This document shows positions 37,372 through 50,010 of a stretch of 64,000 bases of DNA, one piece after another. The DNA is taken from NCBI RefSeq assembly GCF_018977255.1, contig NW_024704743.1, forward strand, positions 30,506,001 to 30,570,000, written 5' to 3'. The DNA is from Callorhinchus milii. Its lineage: Eukaryota. Within the stretch, counting starts at the first letter, position 1; each line of letters opens with the position of its first letter. A program made the translations under genes and the position numbers. The notes under the pieces were generated by a model. The model searched no databases. It was not told where the DNA came from and worked only from the letters and a program-made list of their open reading frames with translations.

Positions 37372-37875
37372 TCAGCATGGCTCAGTAAGTAACACTTTCA
37401 CTTGGGTTAGCACTCTGGGATGTCCTCCCGACGTGAAAGCTACCAAAGAAATGTAATTTGTTGTTGTTGAGTCAAAAGGTAGTGTTGGGATTTTGAATGC
37501 ACACAGTCTACACTGACATTCCAATGCAATGCTTGGGTTGCACTCCATTGTCATGTGTGCCATCCTGCAGATGAAACATCAAACTTCATCACTGTTCAGC
37601 CCGTGTGAAGGACACTATATAAATGTAAGTTGTTGTTGTGAAAATAAGGTCCTGTTTGTCCATTCAAGTGGATGTTAAAGATCACGGAATTTTATTTGAA
37701 AAAGATAAGGGAATATCTTCTGGTGTCCTGGTCAACAATCCCTGAAATAAAATTGGACAAATTCATGGTTGTTTGTAGGACATTGCTGTGTGCAAATTGG
37801 CTGCCGCGCCTGCCTGCAAATGCACAATCATTACGCTTTACAGTCAACCCTGGAAAGCTTGATCACCTTTGGGAT
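37372..37875 (+). mobile_element. Deu-domain SINE interrupted by two short L2-tail insertions
   Basis: Head and Deu core are split by about 37407-37470 and about 37585-37639, each ending in (TTG)n. Confidence 0.75.
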
Positions 37876-39537
37876 TAGAGAAAATCTATGCAGAATTTTG
37901 CCTAAGATGAATTCCATAATGGGGTAGGTTTTGTGTGAACTGTGGAAGAAGCTTTATTGCTCCGTGCTCTATTCCATTATCAGTGAGGCATGTATTCAAA
38001 CCCAGCATCCAGAGTTGAAAGGAATGTACCATTTTTCTACATATCTTACAATCTGCACTTACTGAGTCTCGAGTCCTTTCCATTACACGCAGACCGATTA
38101 CATTTCTTTACATTGATAAAATGGGAATTTTTCAACTGAATGACCAAACATGCAAACGGCCGAGGTTGTAAACAAAATATATAGGTAGGAGAGGATTAAA
38201 GGCAATCCTGTAGTTCCGATGTTGGACATAAACCATTTACGACATGGTCGGAACTGGCTGATTGTCTAACTTCCTTGCGACTCACTCCAAAGCATCTGTT
38301 ATTGTACTATAACCTATGCCAGATGGTAGATTTTCTGACATCTTACCATAAAGAAGAAGGAGGAAAAAAATGGTTAATACTGCGGGACCTGTAATGTGAT
38401 TCACTAGACCTCCGGGTTCTTTATCATTAAAACTGCAATACCCTGTGTTCTGAGCCACGTGGCACTGCTTTCGAAATCGACCAACACTGGAAAGGATCCA
38501 CATCAAAGAAACAGATCCTTGGTCAATGAATTCAAGACAGTAATTTGATCTCACAGTTCAGATGTTAAGCATAAACCACTCAGACCACATCTGAATTCCT
38601 CAGATAGATTAACACTCATAATTTACCAACAGGTAACTGTTATCCGTTTTGTGTAACAGAGGAAGAATGCCCATCATAAATTGGGCTAACATTTGGATCC
38701 TGAAGAAAAGTTTCAAATCTGATTTAATTCTAATCCAGATGTGCCTATTCCTTTCAAACAAAACCGTATGACTGCAAAGTATATCTGCTGAGTAAGTTGA
38801 CTATTATGGCCGATACTCGCTGCCTTGCTTTCAGCCATTAAGCCCTGAATCTCTGGAACTCCCCACCACAGATTACACCTGAAGACTTTCCTCTTTGACC
38901 ATGCCTTCAGTCACCTTCCCTCTCTTTCCAGCTCGGCATCAAACCACATTGCTGTTAAGTGCTCTGAGGCAGTTCTTCGGTGATTCAGTGGGCCATCCTT
39001 AAGGTAATGAACACTTGCAAAGAGCTAGATGATCCAGCTCTTTGGTAACATTAAAAATGAACCAGCATTTGAATGGTGTTTTATTGAAGTTCTGTGTCTG
39101 AGCATCAGCTGCATGCACAAGACTCTGCTTTACATGAATGGGTCCGCAAGAGAGAAATGCAAAGCTGGCAGCATAACTCCCAGATTTCTACTCACATTGT
39201 TGTACTCCAGGTATTGTATTGATCACTAAGTAAATAATTGTGATGAGTCTTACTTGTTCTGAGGATCGGGGGAAGTTTTTGAAGCTTTCAGTTTAATTCT
39301 ACAATACAATGATAGTACTTTTAGCCTTTGTAGTTAAGATTCAATGATAAGGAAGCAACATCTAAATTGAACATTCACATGTGTTTGATTTAAGTTTTTT
39401 TTCAGAGCTTCGTATTTAACCTGTACTTCTTAGAATATGTTGATGGGTATATTCAGTCATGGGTACTAAAATGCAAAGCATCTATTTTTGTCCATAATAA
39501 ATACGTAAGTAAATACCTAGACCACTTGTTTTTCAGG

Positions 39538-39965
39538 AATAATAATAATCCTTGCATTTGATATAGTGCCTATTCATGTCATCGAGACATCTCAAAGCGC
39601 TTCACAGCATTATTGTAAAATGGATTGACTGTGTATTTATGGGCAAACATGGTAGCCAGTCACACACAGCAGTGTCCCACAAACAGCCATGGAGTGAGTG
39701 ACCAAGGGATTTATTGGCCAGGACACTGGAAGCAGCTCCCTTCTCTTTTTGAATAGTGCCATGGGATCTTTAATGTCCACCTGAACAGACAGACAGGACC
39801 TCGGTTTAACATTTCATCTGAAGGATGGCACCTCCAACAATGCAACATACCCGAAGCACTGCAGTGGAATATCAGCTTAGACTATTTGAGCTTTGAGATA
39901 TCCCGATGTGGAATATGAATTCACAACCTTCTGACTCAGAGGTAGCATACTAAGGAAAGTTGACA
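39538..39965 (-). mobile_element. Deu-domain SINE (family B), best-preserved full-length copy
   Basis: tgaatagtgccatgggatctttaatgtccacctgaacagacagacaggacctcggtttaacatttcatctgaaggatggcacctcc...cacaaccttctgactcagagg. Confidence 0.9.
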
Positions 39966-41789
39966 CATGGGATACAATATATTAAAATAGTATGTCATGT
40001 TCTTAAATGTTAATCCAGCTCTTCTTGAGAATGTTCTATTTTTATATCTCCCCATTGATATACTTTGTATAAAAAAGATTTGTTATCATCTTTAACTCAT
40101 CCAGAGATAAAATGTCAAGGCTCAGGAATGGTGATCTTACACTCCCCATCACCTATGTCAGCATCAGCTACTACCAGGTGAGGAATAGATTGATAACACA
40201 CCTTCTATCTGCTCAATGATCATCCTGAAATTCCAACTGCTTACAGCCTGTAAAGACCATTTTATCTTAACATTTAAAATTGTGCAGAATTGTAGGAAAT
40301 TCTCTTAAAAACGAGTCTTAATTTTGAAACCAATTCTTTTCAGGAACTACAGGAAACCGGCCTCTTTCACAGTTATTTAACTATAAATGTAAATACCACC
40401 GGAAAGGAGGCTCAGATGGTCTCATTTAGGATCTTCTAACTGAAATCATTACTCATAATACTGGTTGATTTAAGGCTGGGGACATGCTTCAGTGGGGCAG
40501 GTTAGAAGACAATTTGTTTTGTTGGTTTGATCTGTTACCAATCTCCTTTTTCATCCATCACCCACATGAACCTATCCATGTAAATCCATCCTTTCCATCT
40601 ACCTACCATTTGAAATCAACGTCACTTCCTCCATGTACCAATATGCTATGCTACTGACCTACAGAATATGGGTTTGTTTCCAAACTAAATCACACTACGA
40701 GTTCCTGATCTCCAGTAAACAACGCCAAGCATATATCAGGAATGTCAATGCATTCCTTGGTCATTTTCACTTGCCTGCCAGTAGATGAATGACAGATGCG
40801 GATATGTGGGATCAGTCCTCCCTGCCTGCCTGAGAATGTAGTGTAGGAAAGAATGTCACAAATAGAAAAGAAATTTCAATTAAAAACACTTGAAATCAAT
40901 TATACTTCTGGCAGAATGGCCACAGCCCCATTGGCATCTTCTCCCAGGCAGACTCCAAAAAATGGCTGATGATGCCATTTATGTGCGTGACTTTGGTTGC
41001 AAATTGGGCTTCGGAGCCCTGTGCTCTATGGAGCCATGACTGATTTTTGCTCTAAAGATCATGAGGATTACTCGGCTGCATCATAGTAAATGCTACTCTG
41101 TACATTTCTTGTGTCTAGCGCTTGCTCAGGACAGAGGGTAAAAGTCTGGGTCACATCACTTTGATTCTGGAGCAATGACTGAATTTTCTTCAGCACATAC
41201 GAGTTTCACGGCTGATTTGCAGAAGCAGCCTGCTCAGAGAAATATGTCCCATCGCTCACTCCACATACAAGTTAGAAGCAATGCTGTTGCCTAATCAAAA
41301 TAATGCTATCTCCTCCACTGCTCCTTCAATACTAGCCAACGGACCAATCAATTTAAAACATCACCCCGCTTGTCTGACCTCCGGATGAACCAAGAAATAA
41401 TCACTTAGAAACACGAATAATCAGTGTCCATAAACAAGTGATTATTCACAGCAGGGGGCTACTGCTGGGATTTTAGAATTCATAGGCCCAGGGAAAAGAT
41501 ATAGGATTTCGATTTATCTTAACAGCTGCAGAACCTCCCTTTGAATGTTGCACTTGACAATTTCTGGTCAATTTTCATGCTGTAACTCTTACACTGCTGG
41601 CAGACCTCTGCAAACTGCAGCTTCTGTGGACTGACTTATCCTGTACATTTTCAAATCCACGAGTTGCAATGCTGAAATAAAATATTGTAATAATACTACA
41701 GCAATAAAACTGCTTGAGATCCAGATTAACTCTAACCCTAACTAACATAAACAAAAGCACACATATCTCCATCCCTATACCCTGTGCTA

Positions 41790-42142
41790 GGAATCAGTGG
41801 GTAGCATTCCTGTCTCTCAGACAAAAGGTTGTGGGTTCAAGCCCCCTGTTGGGACTTTAAGCTCATCGTCTGAGCTAGCACTTCAATGTAATTGGGAGAG
41901 TGTTGCATTGTACTGTAGGAGGTGCTGTCCTTTGGATTAGATGAGTCCCATCTGCTTCCAAGCTTACAGATGCAGCCCTTACGGGTATGGGGCTGTTCAG
42001 CTAGATGTTAAAGATCCCACAGCAATACTTGGACAGAGAAGGGAGTTGTTCCAGACAAACTGATTGACCATTCTCTTTATGCTGTGTGCAAGTTGGCTGC
42101 CACATTAACCTGTAAAGCGTTTTGAGGCATTTCGATGTGATG
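41790..42142 (+). mobile_element. Deu-domain SINE (family B)
   Basis: aaggttgtgggttcaagcccc...gatgttaaagatcccacagc. Confidence 0.8.
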
Positions 42143-42720
42143 TGTCACATATTATTTTTTAATTTTTATTGATTTTGTTTTATTGATAAAATCTGCTTTT
42201 TGCCATTCTTTCTTCACCCATTTTTGGAGGAGCAACTTTTAAAAAGACATGTTTTCATTAGGTCTAAACTTGTCTCCACATCCACATTGCAGCCAATGAA
42301 AAGATAAAAGATTGGTGATGGACAGAAACACACAATAGATGTGACCAGGCATTATCCATACATATATATATATTTTTATATATACAATATATACAACACA
42401 TGCTCACATTATTCTTATGTAACCTACAATACAGTTGAGGGGATGTATTGTAAAGTGCTTTTGAGACATTTAAACATAATAAAAGAGAAATACAAGTTCT
42501 ATTCTAACCATGTGAGTATTAGTTTGCTATCAGTCATGTGATGCCATATACTTTAAAATCTAGTACCATATTCACAATTTGGACATAAGTCAGCCCACAA
42601 GCAATAAGAACACAGGAACAGCCCGACCAAATCCGCTCTGTCAGTTTATTAGACCATGTGAGATTTTTTAATCCTTTTTCTCACCTTTCACCTTTAATGC
42701 TCAAGTATCGTTTTGTTTTT

Positions 42721-43300
42721 TCACAAGATGGTCTGGATGAAGCAAGCCCTTCGACCCATCCGGAACACCCACCCTACCACCCCTCATCACAGCACCAAGC
42801 TGCTTTTTAAATGAGCCAATGTCCTGGCCTCCACCACCGTTCGTGGCAAACTGTACCATTTGTTGATTACTCTCTGTGTAAAGAAAAACTTGCCGGTATC
42901 CATCCTTTACAACTCTAATCCTATGTCCTCTTGGTCTACTGTTTTGATATGCTCTAAAGTATTGATGTGGGTTGGTTTATTTTTCAATCCTATTTAAAAT
43001 GTTATATACTTCTATGAGAACTCCTCTGAGTTGTCTTCTCTCAAGACTGAAGAGTCCTAGCTTGTCTTGTCGTTGCTCATGGCTTATTCCTCTAACACTA
43101 GGGATCATGCTTGTTGTTCAACCTCCTCACCATCTCTAGGACCTGAGCAGTTCCCTTATGTCGTGATGATCAGAACTGTATGCGGTGTTCAAGGTCTGAT
43201 CTGACCAGAGCATTATACAGCCAGAGTATGACATTTGGGGCTCTAAACTCAGCTGATTTAGCAATATAGCCCAGCATCCTGTTTGTTACTGCCTAATAAT
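42721..43300 (-). mobile_element. CR1 LINE 3' portion (ORF2 C-terminus and 3' UTR)
   Basis: The reverse strand reads as decayed LYNALVRSDLEHRIQF / LGLFSLERRQLRGVLIEVYNIL, typical of the CR1 ORF2 end. Confidence 0.85.
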
Positions 43301-43512
43301 GTTTTTCAAACACCTTAATTGATTCTGCCTCTACAGTCTTCTAGTCAGTGCATTTCACATTTGACCTCTGGTTGAATATTGCTCGCATTAGTATATTGGT
43401 TCGTGTAGTTGGTCATAAAAATTTGCACAAATATACGGCTAATGCACCTCCAGACCAAAACGTAAATCACTATAGGCTTTCTAACCTACTGTGGGTACTT
43501 ACTCAATAATTT

Positions 43513-43910
43513 GGGACTTACTAGTTAGTCAAACTGCACACTATCAACTGAACCACAGGTTTGTCTAAGGTTAATGATCCCCCCCACCCCCATTTTGCGC
43601 TATCTGATCTCAGTTGGAGCCACAGTAATAACATTACAGCTAGTGTCCATGCCCCTGGGATAGGCAACAACAACAACTTGCATTTATATAGTGCCCTTTA
43701 CACAGGGCGGCGTCTCGAAGTGCTTAAAGGCAGGCAGAAATAAAATCAGTCAGGGTTCCTGCTTCCTTTCTCTACTGCTGGAAATTGTGTGACATACGGA
43801 TGAGAACATGACTGTGATGCCCAATAGTCTCCTGAACCTCATCATATGGATTCCAACATGAGCAGCCACTCGTGTGAGATACCACAAAGCTGTGCATCTT
43901 GTACCCCAGC
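43513..43910 (+). mobile_element. Ancient SINE-like repeat (family C) with a nested minus-strand L2 tail (about 43664-43730)
   Basis: ctgatctcagttgg...gcccctgggatagg [caacaacaacttgcatttatatagtgccc...] aaaatcagtcagggttcctgcttcc...ctgctggaaa. Confidence 0.65.
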
Positions 43911-44151
43911 TCGAGTTAGCACTAGCCAGAGAAGAAGGCACAGTAAGATCTTGGGGAAACAAAGGAGTTTCTGCTGAGGAGACAGAGGCCCCTTTAGTTG
44001 CAGTCGTTGTATTATCCCCGCTGTATTTTAAAATAATTTCCGCTCCAAGCCCCCATCACACAAGTTTAAAAAGCATTTTGATCATTCATTTTTGCAGAAC
44101 GCCCCCATAGGCCTAGAGGCAGACATCCTAAATGGCAATGAGCGATAACAG

Positions 44152-44342
44152 TTTAAAATATATGGTAACGTGTGTGCAAAGAGTGCTTCTTGCAAGGATA
44201 AGAGTGTAATCCTGAGCCTGGCAGATACCAGGGAATGGCAGAGTGCCAACCAATCTGTCCTTTTCACACACGCCAGTGAGAGAGATTACACTCTTATCCC
44301 TGTGAAGAGTACTGTTTTCACATGTGTTAACATGTTATAAAT
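44152..44342. repeat. Ancient palindromic (hairpin) element
   Basis: ggataagagtgtaatc (44196-44211) is the perfect reverse complement of gattacactcttatcc (44284-44299), and imperfect pairing extends about 40 bp outward. Confidence 0.8.
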
Positions 44343-45599
44343 CACCCCATTTAGCTTGACACTTTTCAGTCGATGTGCCTGTAAAATTTATGCGATTGCC
44401 AAAGTCTTTTTTTTAAACGTGCTGTTTGTTGTCCAGAACAGTGAGACAAAGCAGCACAAGTGCACGACTGACATACCAGCTCTGAAGAACTTCACAACTT
44501 GTCTTTGTTTGCTCTTTTCCTCTTCTAAATATTGCTTTGGCTCAACTCCTAGCACTCTCAGTCAATCCACTTTACAGTATATCTTGTGATGTCTCGCTAT
44601 ATCAAATGCAAGAATTATCATTACAGATGTGGAACTCTCAGTCTGGTTTTCTTACCCTTCAGCATATCGATCGATGGGATTCTGCATGTGTCAGACATTC
44701 GTTTGACCAAAATAAAGCTTTAAAACACTGGCCATGTTTATGTGCAATGGACACTGCATGTGTAGATGAAAGCATTTACACTTTATATTTTTAATGGGCC
44801 AGTGTTGTTTTCCAAGGCCACTCTTCTATCCAAATATCGTTTCAACTGAAAACCTGAAGGAATGGATGAGTACCAGCAGCACTGTTTGTGGTTGGAACAG
44901 CAGGAAATGGCAAAACCAAGTAAAACTGCAAATGTCCTTCAGAACGACCCTATCAGATCTGATGGGTTAGATTTCTTCACACTGTTGGGTCTTTAATCTG
45001 ACTTTATCTCTTCCAATGGGGACTCAATCTGACCCCATTCATCATTGGTTATCTCTGGCAGGTGAATAGGTTACACACAAGACTGATAAGAAGGTTATTT
45101 GCGTTGAAGCTTAAATCTATTTAGGCCTGTGACTAATGCTGGATCTTTACTGATATATATTCATTTCAAATGAATATCAATCCTGAATGAGCAAACACAG
45201 GACAACAGCTGATTACCAAGATGTGTCTGTGACTTCTGAAGACAAATGTAAAATTTCTACATGAGGCTTTTACCTGGGATCGAGGTGCTGAATTGAATTT
45301 GTAACCTAAAGTGAGTTAGCTATTCGCTTTGGGTGCAGCAGTGTGTGGAGACACTTCAACTTGCCTGATCAATTGTGAACTGCGAGATGGTGAAAAACAC
45401 TCAGTGGCTGATGTCTATCCGATGCAATTGAATGATGTGGCACTGTGCGAAGACAGTCCACTAACCATGACTATGAATGCTAGTCATTCAGGTGAGAGGC
45501 AGAAATGCTGCTGACAGTAGAGGTGGAATGGTACCCATGCATCAGTCCAAAGAAAGATATCATCAGAAAACAAAAGGTCCAGTGCTCCATCTGCACAGG

Positions 45600-46082
45600 T
45601 GTCAACCTAGCTCAGTTCGTGGTACTCTCGCCTTTTGACATCGGAAACTGACACTCCCATGATGAGATGTTAAGCGCTCCGAGACACTATATGAATGCAA
45701 GTTGCTAAACAGCGGTCTGGTCTGCCAGTTCAGGTGGACGTTAAAGATCCCACTGTACTATTTGATAGAAGGGAGTTTCTCACAGTGTCCTGGTCAGCAA
45801 TCCCCAAATAAAATTAGTCACACAATTCATTATTAATAATATTTCCTTGCATTTGATATAGTGCCTTATCATATCTTCGAGACATCTCAAGCACTTCACA
45901 GAATATACTGTAAAGTGAATTGACTGTATATTTTGTGGGCAAAATATTAGCTGTTTGTGAGACATTGCTGTGTAGAAATTGTCTGCCCCTACAAACTAGA
46001 CTTTACAATAAATTCTGCAAAGCACTTTTAGATATTCTCCCAACATGAAAGGTGCTATATCAAATGCAAAGATTATTATTGT
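45600..46082 (+). mobile_element. Deu-domain SINE with a nested minus-strand family A fragment (45836-45944) and a micro L2 tail (about 45674-45703)
   Basis: The host is colinear with other family B copies; the nested fragment is flanked by tatta at 45831-45835 and 45945-45949. Confidence 0.8.
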
Positions 46083-46547
46083 ATTACATTGAGCACACTG
46101 TATAACATGAGCACAGCATTCTTTCACCAGATTAACAGGAATGCTCAGTGCTTGTACAGCCAGAGAATGTAGTCAGTGTTCTCTCGCGTGGCTGCAAAGC
46201 TATAAACGTTTTGTTACCGGTAAAACAACAGGGGGTTGATCAGAGACAGAACGCTCACAGACAGAGAAAAACTCTGCGGAAGGAAAGGATTTCTCTTAAC
46301 AAGGATGAACTGTAACATTTAAAAACACACAGACACACGTGGCTAGATTTTCTGTAAAATCTCACAGTATTTGCCTCATATCAGCACATTGCTGGAAGTA
46401 CAGTGTTTCACGTGGACTCAGTCTGAATCCTACCACCTCTCCCCCACCACAGCAAAGAAGAGAGAAAGAGGCATTTGAAATCTATTTCATTTTAAATTTG
46501 ATTTAATGCCCCTCGCTTTTCTGAACCCCCGTTTTTCACGGTTTGTT

Positions 46548-46578
46548 CACCCTGTCAATCACAAAGACTGACAGGGTG
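46548..46578. promoter_or_regulatory. Candidate TALE-homeodomain site: TGATTGACAG (minus strand) plus TGACAG in a 10-bp inverted repeat
   Basis: caccctgtca-atcacaaagac-tgacagggtg read directly. Function not demonstrated. Confidence 0.3.
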
Positions 46579-47106
46579 GGTTGCTCAGATGTCCAAGTGC
46601 TTCTTACCACTATCCTCCCTTCACCACTCAATAGTCTGCCATGGAGAGAGGAGCAGGATATTTTGCTTCCTTGCAAATGACAAGACCTCTAAGAAGTAAG
46701 CATTCGTCTAGCAAAAAAAACAAAAGTCTCTGAATTCTTCTCCACTTCTATTCCCTTCTCCACTGATTCTGCCAATTACTTGCATGCTCTTTTTAACTCT
46801 CTTTCAGCCCTTCAAATCTTTTTCATTGTTATTTTGTTTTTTTCCAGGTTTCTGCCTGCCTCCAAGACAGAGGATTAAAATTATAGGAAAGAGGTTGAGG
46901 CCAAGCTTGTAATTGAAACCAGTGGCTGGTGCTTGCAGAGGATGTTGTGGTCCATCAGAATCTACAGTCTATTGACTGGATTCTTCTTAAACCTAAGAGA
47001 CATACTTGTGATTAGCTTGTTATTCTGAATGAACTATTTTATCCCAATATCTACTTTCATAAGACAGTAAGTAGTAAGCTGGAATAGACTGGATCTTCTG
47101 CAGCTT

Positions 47107-47352
47107 TATGTGCGAGTGTAAATGGGTATTTCTGTATGTGTGCACAAATGAATGTATATTCGTGTATGTGTGCATGTTTGTACATTGATGTATGTGTACA
47201 TGTGTGTTTCTATGTATGCTTATGTGCGGGTGTGTATATTTATGTATGTGTGCGTGCATTTATTTATGCGTGTGCACAATGCCTGTGTATATATAATATA
47301 TGAATAAATGAAAGGATTATTATACAATATATATGTGCGTATATCTGTGTGT
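47107..47352. repeat. Degenerate (TG)/(TATG)/(TA) simple repeat
   Basis: Direct reading. Confidence 0.85.
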
Positions 47353-49620
47353 AACTTAACTTCTTTGGGTTGCAAATCAAAGAAACCCAGTTATTTTATT
47401 TTATCATTTCACAGCTGTAGATGATTAAAAATGACCATAGAAGCAGCCTGGTGCTGCACTAGTCGAACTCTCGCCTTCTAGCTAGAGCTTTGCAAGCTTC
47501 AATCTCAGTTTCAAACTGACCTTTGCTAAATGCTTGCCCCGCCCCTCAAAAAATAAGCTTTGTGAGTTCTCCACTGCTGGTTACTGGCAGAATTCCCCAT
47601 TAGCGATTGTCAGACCTATCAGCTCATCACCAATAAATGCAAGTTGTACATTTCTCACCTCAACATATCCATTAAAGTTGGTCTGCTCAGTTTTATTTCA
47701 TCATGTTAAGTTGATCGAGGATAATGCAGAAGTAATATTTTCAGCGTTTTTGAGAATGGTTTAGCATTCGATCTGTCAATTTCACATCAGAGCAGAAAAT
47801 ATGAAGAATTAGATCATTTTTGTTCTTGAAATCACATCCCAAGGAAATTTATTAGAAAGACCTTTAGCATACGACTTGGACAGTGATAAATTGCTGAGGT
47901 CGTTGTCTAGCTGTGAAAGATCCATGACTCAATTACTCATTCTTTCTCATCAGGAGAGTTAATGTCCTCTGTGGGTGATGGCTGGCTTTAAACCTGTAAT
48001 GTCCATTGCTGGTTGAGTGCAGGTTATCAGAATGACCTCAGGAATAGTGTATTGTTTCATTCAAAGTACCAGTAAATGCTGGTAAATATTTTCACTGGTG
48101 TTTTCATTCTACCCAGAACTTCTCAGCTGGTTGTACAACAACAGCTTTCATTTATACAGCATCCTTCACACATCTCAGGAATGCTTCAGTGTAGGTACAA
48201 GCATAACATAAGCATGGGACAACATAGGTATAAGGAAGAGCTTCCTTACTATCCTTCAGTTAGACAGGCATTTCTGACAAGAAGACATCAATGACACACC
48301 ACTCACCAGCCAACCAAAATACACTTGCAGTAAGGTGAAGTAAGAGGGTACGAATTCCCCTACTCTTTCTTCCTAGATTGAAGGTCCAACTAATTATCGA
48401 CCCAACCTGTTCTCTTGTGATGCACGAGGTTTTGAGTGAAGAGGAAATCCTGGGATTGGAACTCATTGAATTGGAAAATTAACACATTAAATGAAGATGA
48501 TGTTCCTTTAAAAGCACTTCACATAACTCACATCAAGTTTTGATATGAAGTAAACTTGGACAAGAATGAAAGGAAAGAAGTAGAATTTAATTAAGGAAGG
48601 AAAAAGAGAATGAAAAAAGAAAGATAGAAAAAAACTGGAATTTGTAGTAGGTTAGTGAGTGTTTCGAGTCCACTGGTCGCATCATGGTTGCTCATTAAGT
48701 CTATCTTGGGTTAAAGGCATCTAATATATTGTACTGGCAAATGGTTTGTTCCACAGTTATATCAGGCCTTATTCCACAAACAAAAGCATTCTCAAATTAA
48801 GTGGGTTTACAGTATTCCACAGCTCAGCATCCATCAAACTACAGAACATGCCAGCTACCTGGTACCTTAGCAATGGGAACATTCAGGCACCGATTCATTC
48901 CTTAATGCACTCCACTGTGTTTGGTTAACAGGAATGAATAAACAAAGGAAATGCTCCCTTACCACAGTGATGTTTTGTCTAAGAAGCTTCCAGCTCAAAA
49001 GATAAGCAACCAACCAATGCTCAACGTGAGTCTGTCTGAGCTGAAGGCCTGAAACATCAATTGGAGATTAATTTGAATGGATCTTTAGGAAGTAAGGCAA
49101 ATGAAAACAAAACAATTATGTAGTTGATATGTATTAGTGCTATAGGTACTGTATATACTACAATACCACTTAAACATCAGACATTGGTTACCTGTCAATT
49201 TGTCATTTCTTTCACTCTTCTTTGGCTACAGCAATACTCGTGAGGCACTCTCACCAAATAAGCTGACCTACAGATTAATACACAGAGAAAAGAATGTCAT
49301 TAATTAAATTTACACTGCAAACATCTGTACTGTTACAGCATAAACCTTTCAGTCAATGCAGTGGTGTTTAAAACATAAAATTGGTAACTTCCTGGTAAAA
49401 TAGGATAGTAGACAATGTTGAGAATTGTTTAGCTGTAATTATTGATAGGTTTGGTAACTCAAGATTTGCCTCAGACATAGTCGCAGGATTTTTTTTTTTG
49501 CAGATCCTAAAATGCCTGTTTCTGCTTTGGGTGTGCCAAACAGCCTGGATCTTTCTTGTGTTCTGTTCAGAACAGCTGGGTTGGTTTTACCAGGAACTGA
49601 ATGTGCCCAAGAACTCATTT

Positions 49621-50010
49621 AGCCTGGCTCAGCCAGCAGCACTCTCACCTCTACGTTAGGAAATTGTGTATTCAAGCTCCAAGATGAAACCTGAGCTCAT
49701 AGTCTCGACTGACAATGCAGTACTAGGGCACTGCACTGTCAGAGGTACTGTCTTTTGGGTTACAAGTTAAAAATTAGGTCCTTTTCTGCCTGTTTAGATG
49801 GACATTAAAGATCCTATGACACCATTCAAAAAAGGTTTCCCCAGTGTCCTGGCCAAACTCCTCCAGATAAATTGGTCATTCGGTTCATAGCTGTTTGTCC
49901 ACACCTTGCTGGCCCAAACAGCTGCAAAGATGGTCACTACACTTGATAGCAATGTCCGGTGAAGCGCTTTGATATTTTGCAATGAGATGAGGTGCTATAA
50001 AATTGAAAAG
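49621..50010 (+). mobile_element. Deu-domain SINE (family B)
   Basis: agcctggctcag...tctgcctgtttagatggacattaaagatcctatgac...cccagtgtcctggccaa. Confidence 0.8.

Noticed and set aside
41445..41465. CTCF-like acagcagggggctac
   Set aside because: Only a partial match, of a kind expected by chance
43750..43962. Minus-strand ORF containing MMRFRRLLGIT, reminiscent of an RTE ORF C-terminus
   Set aside because: The DNA is the plus-strand body of the family C repeat, so the peptide similarity is coincidental
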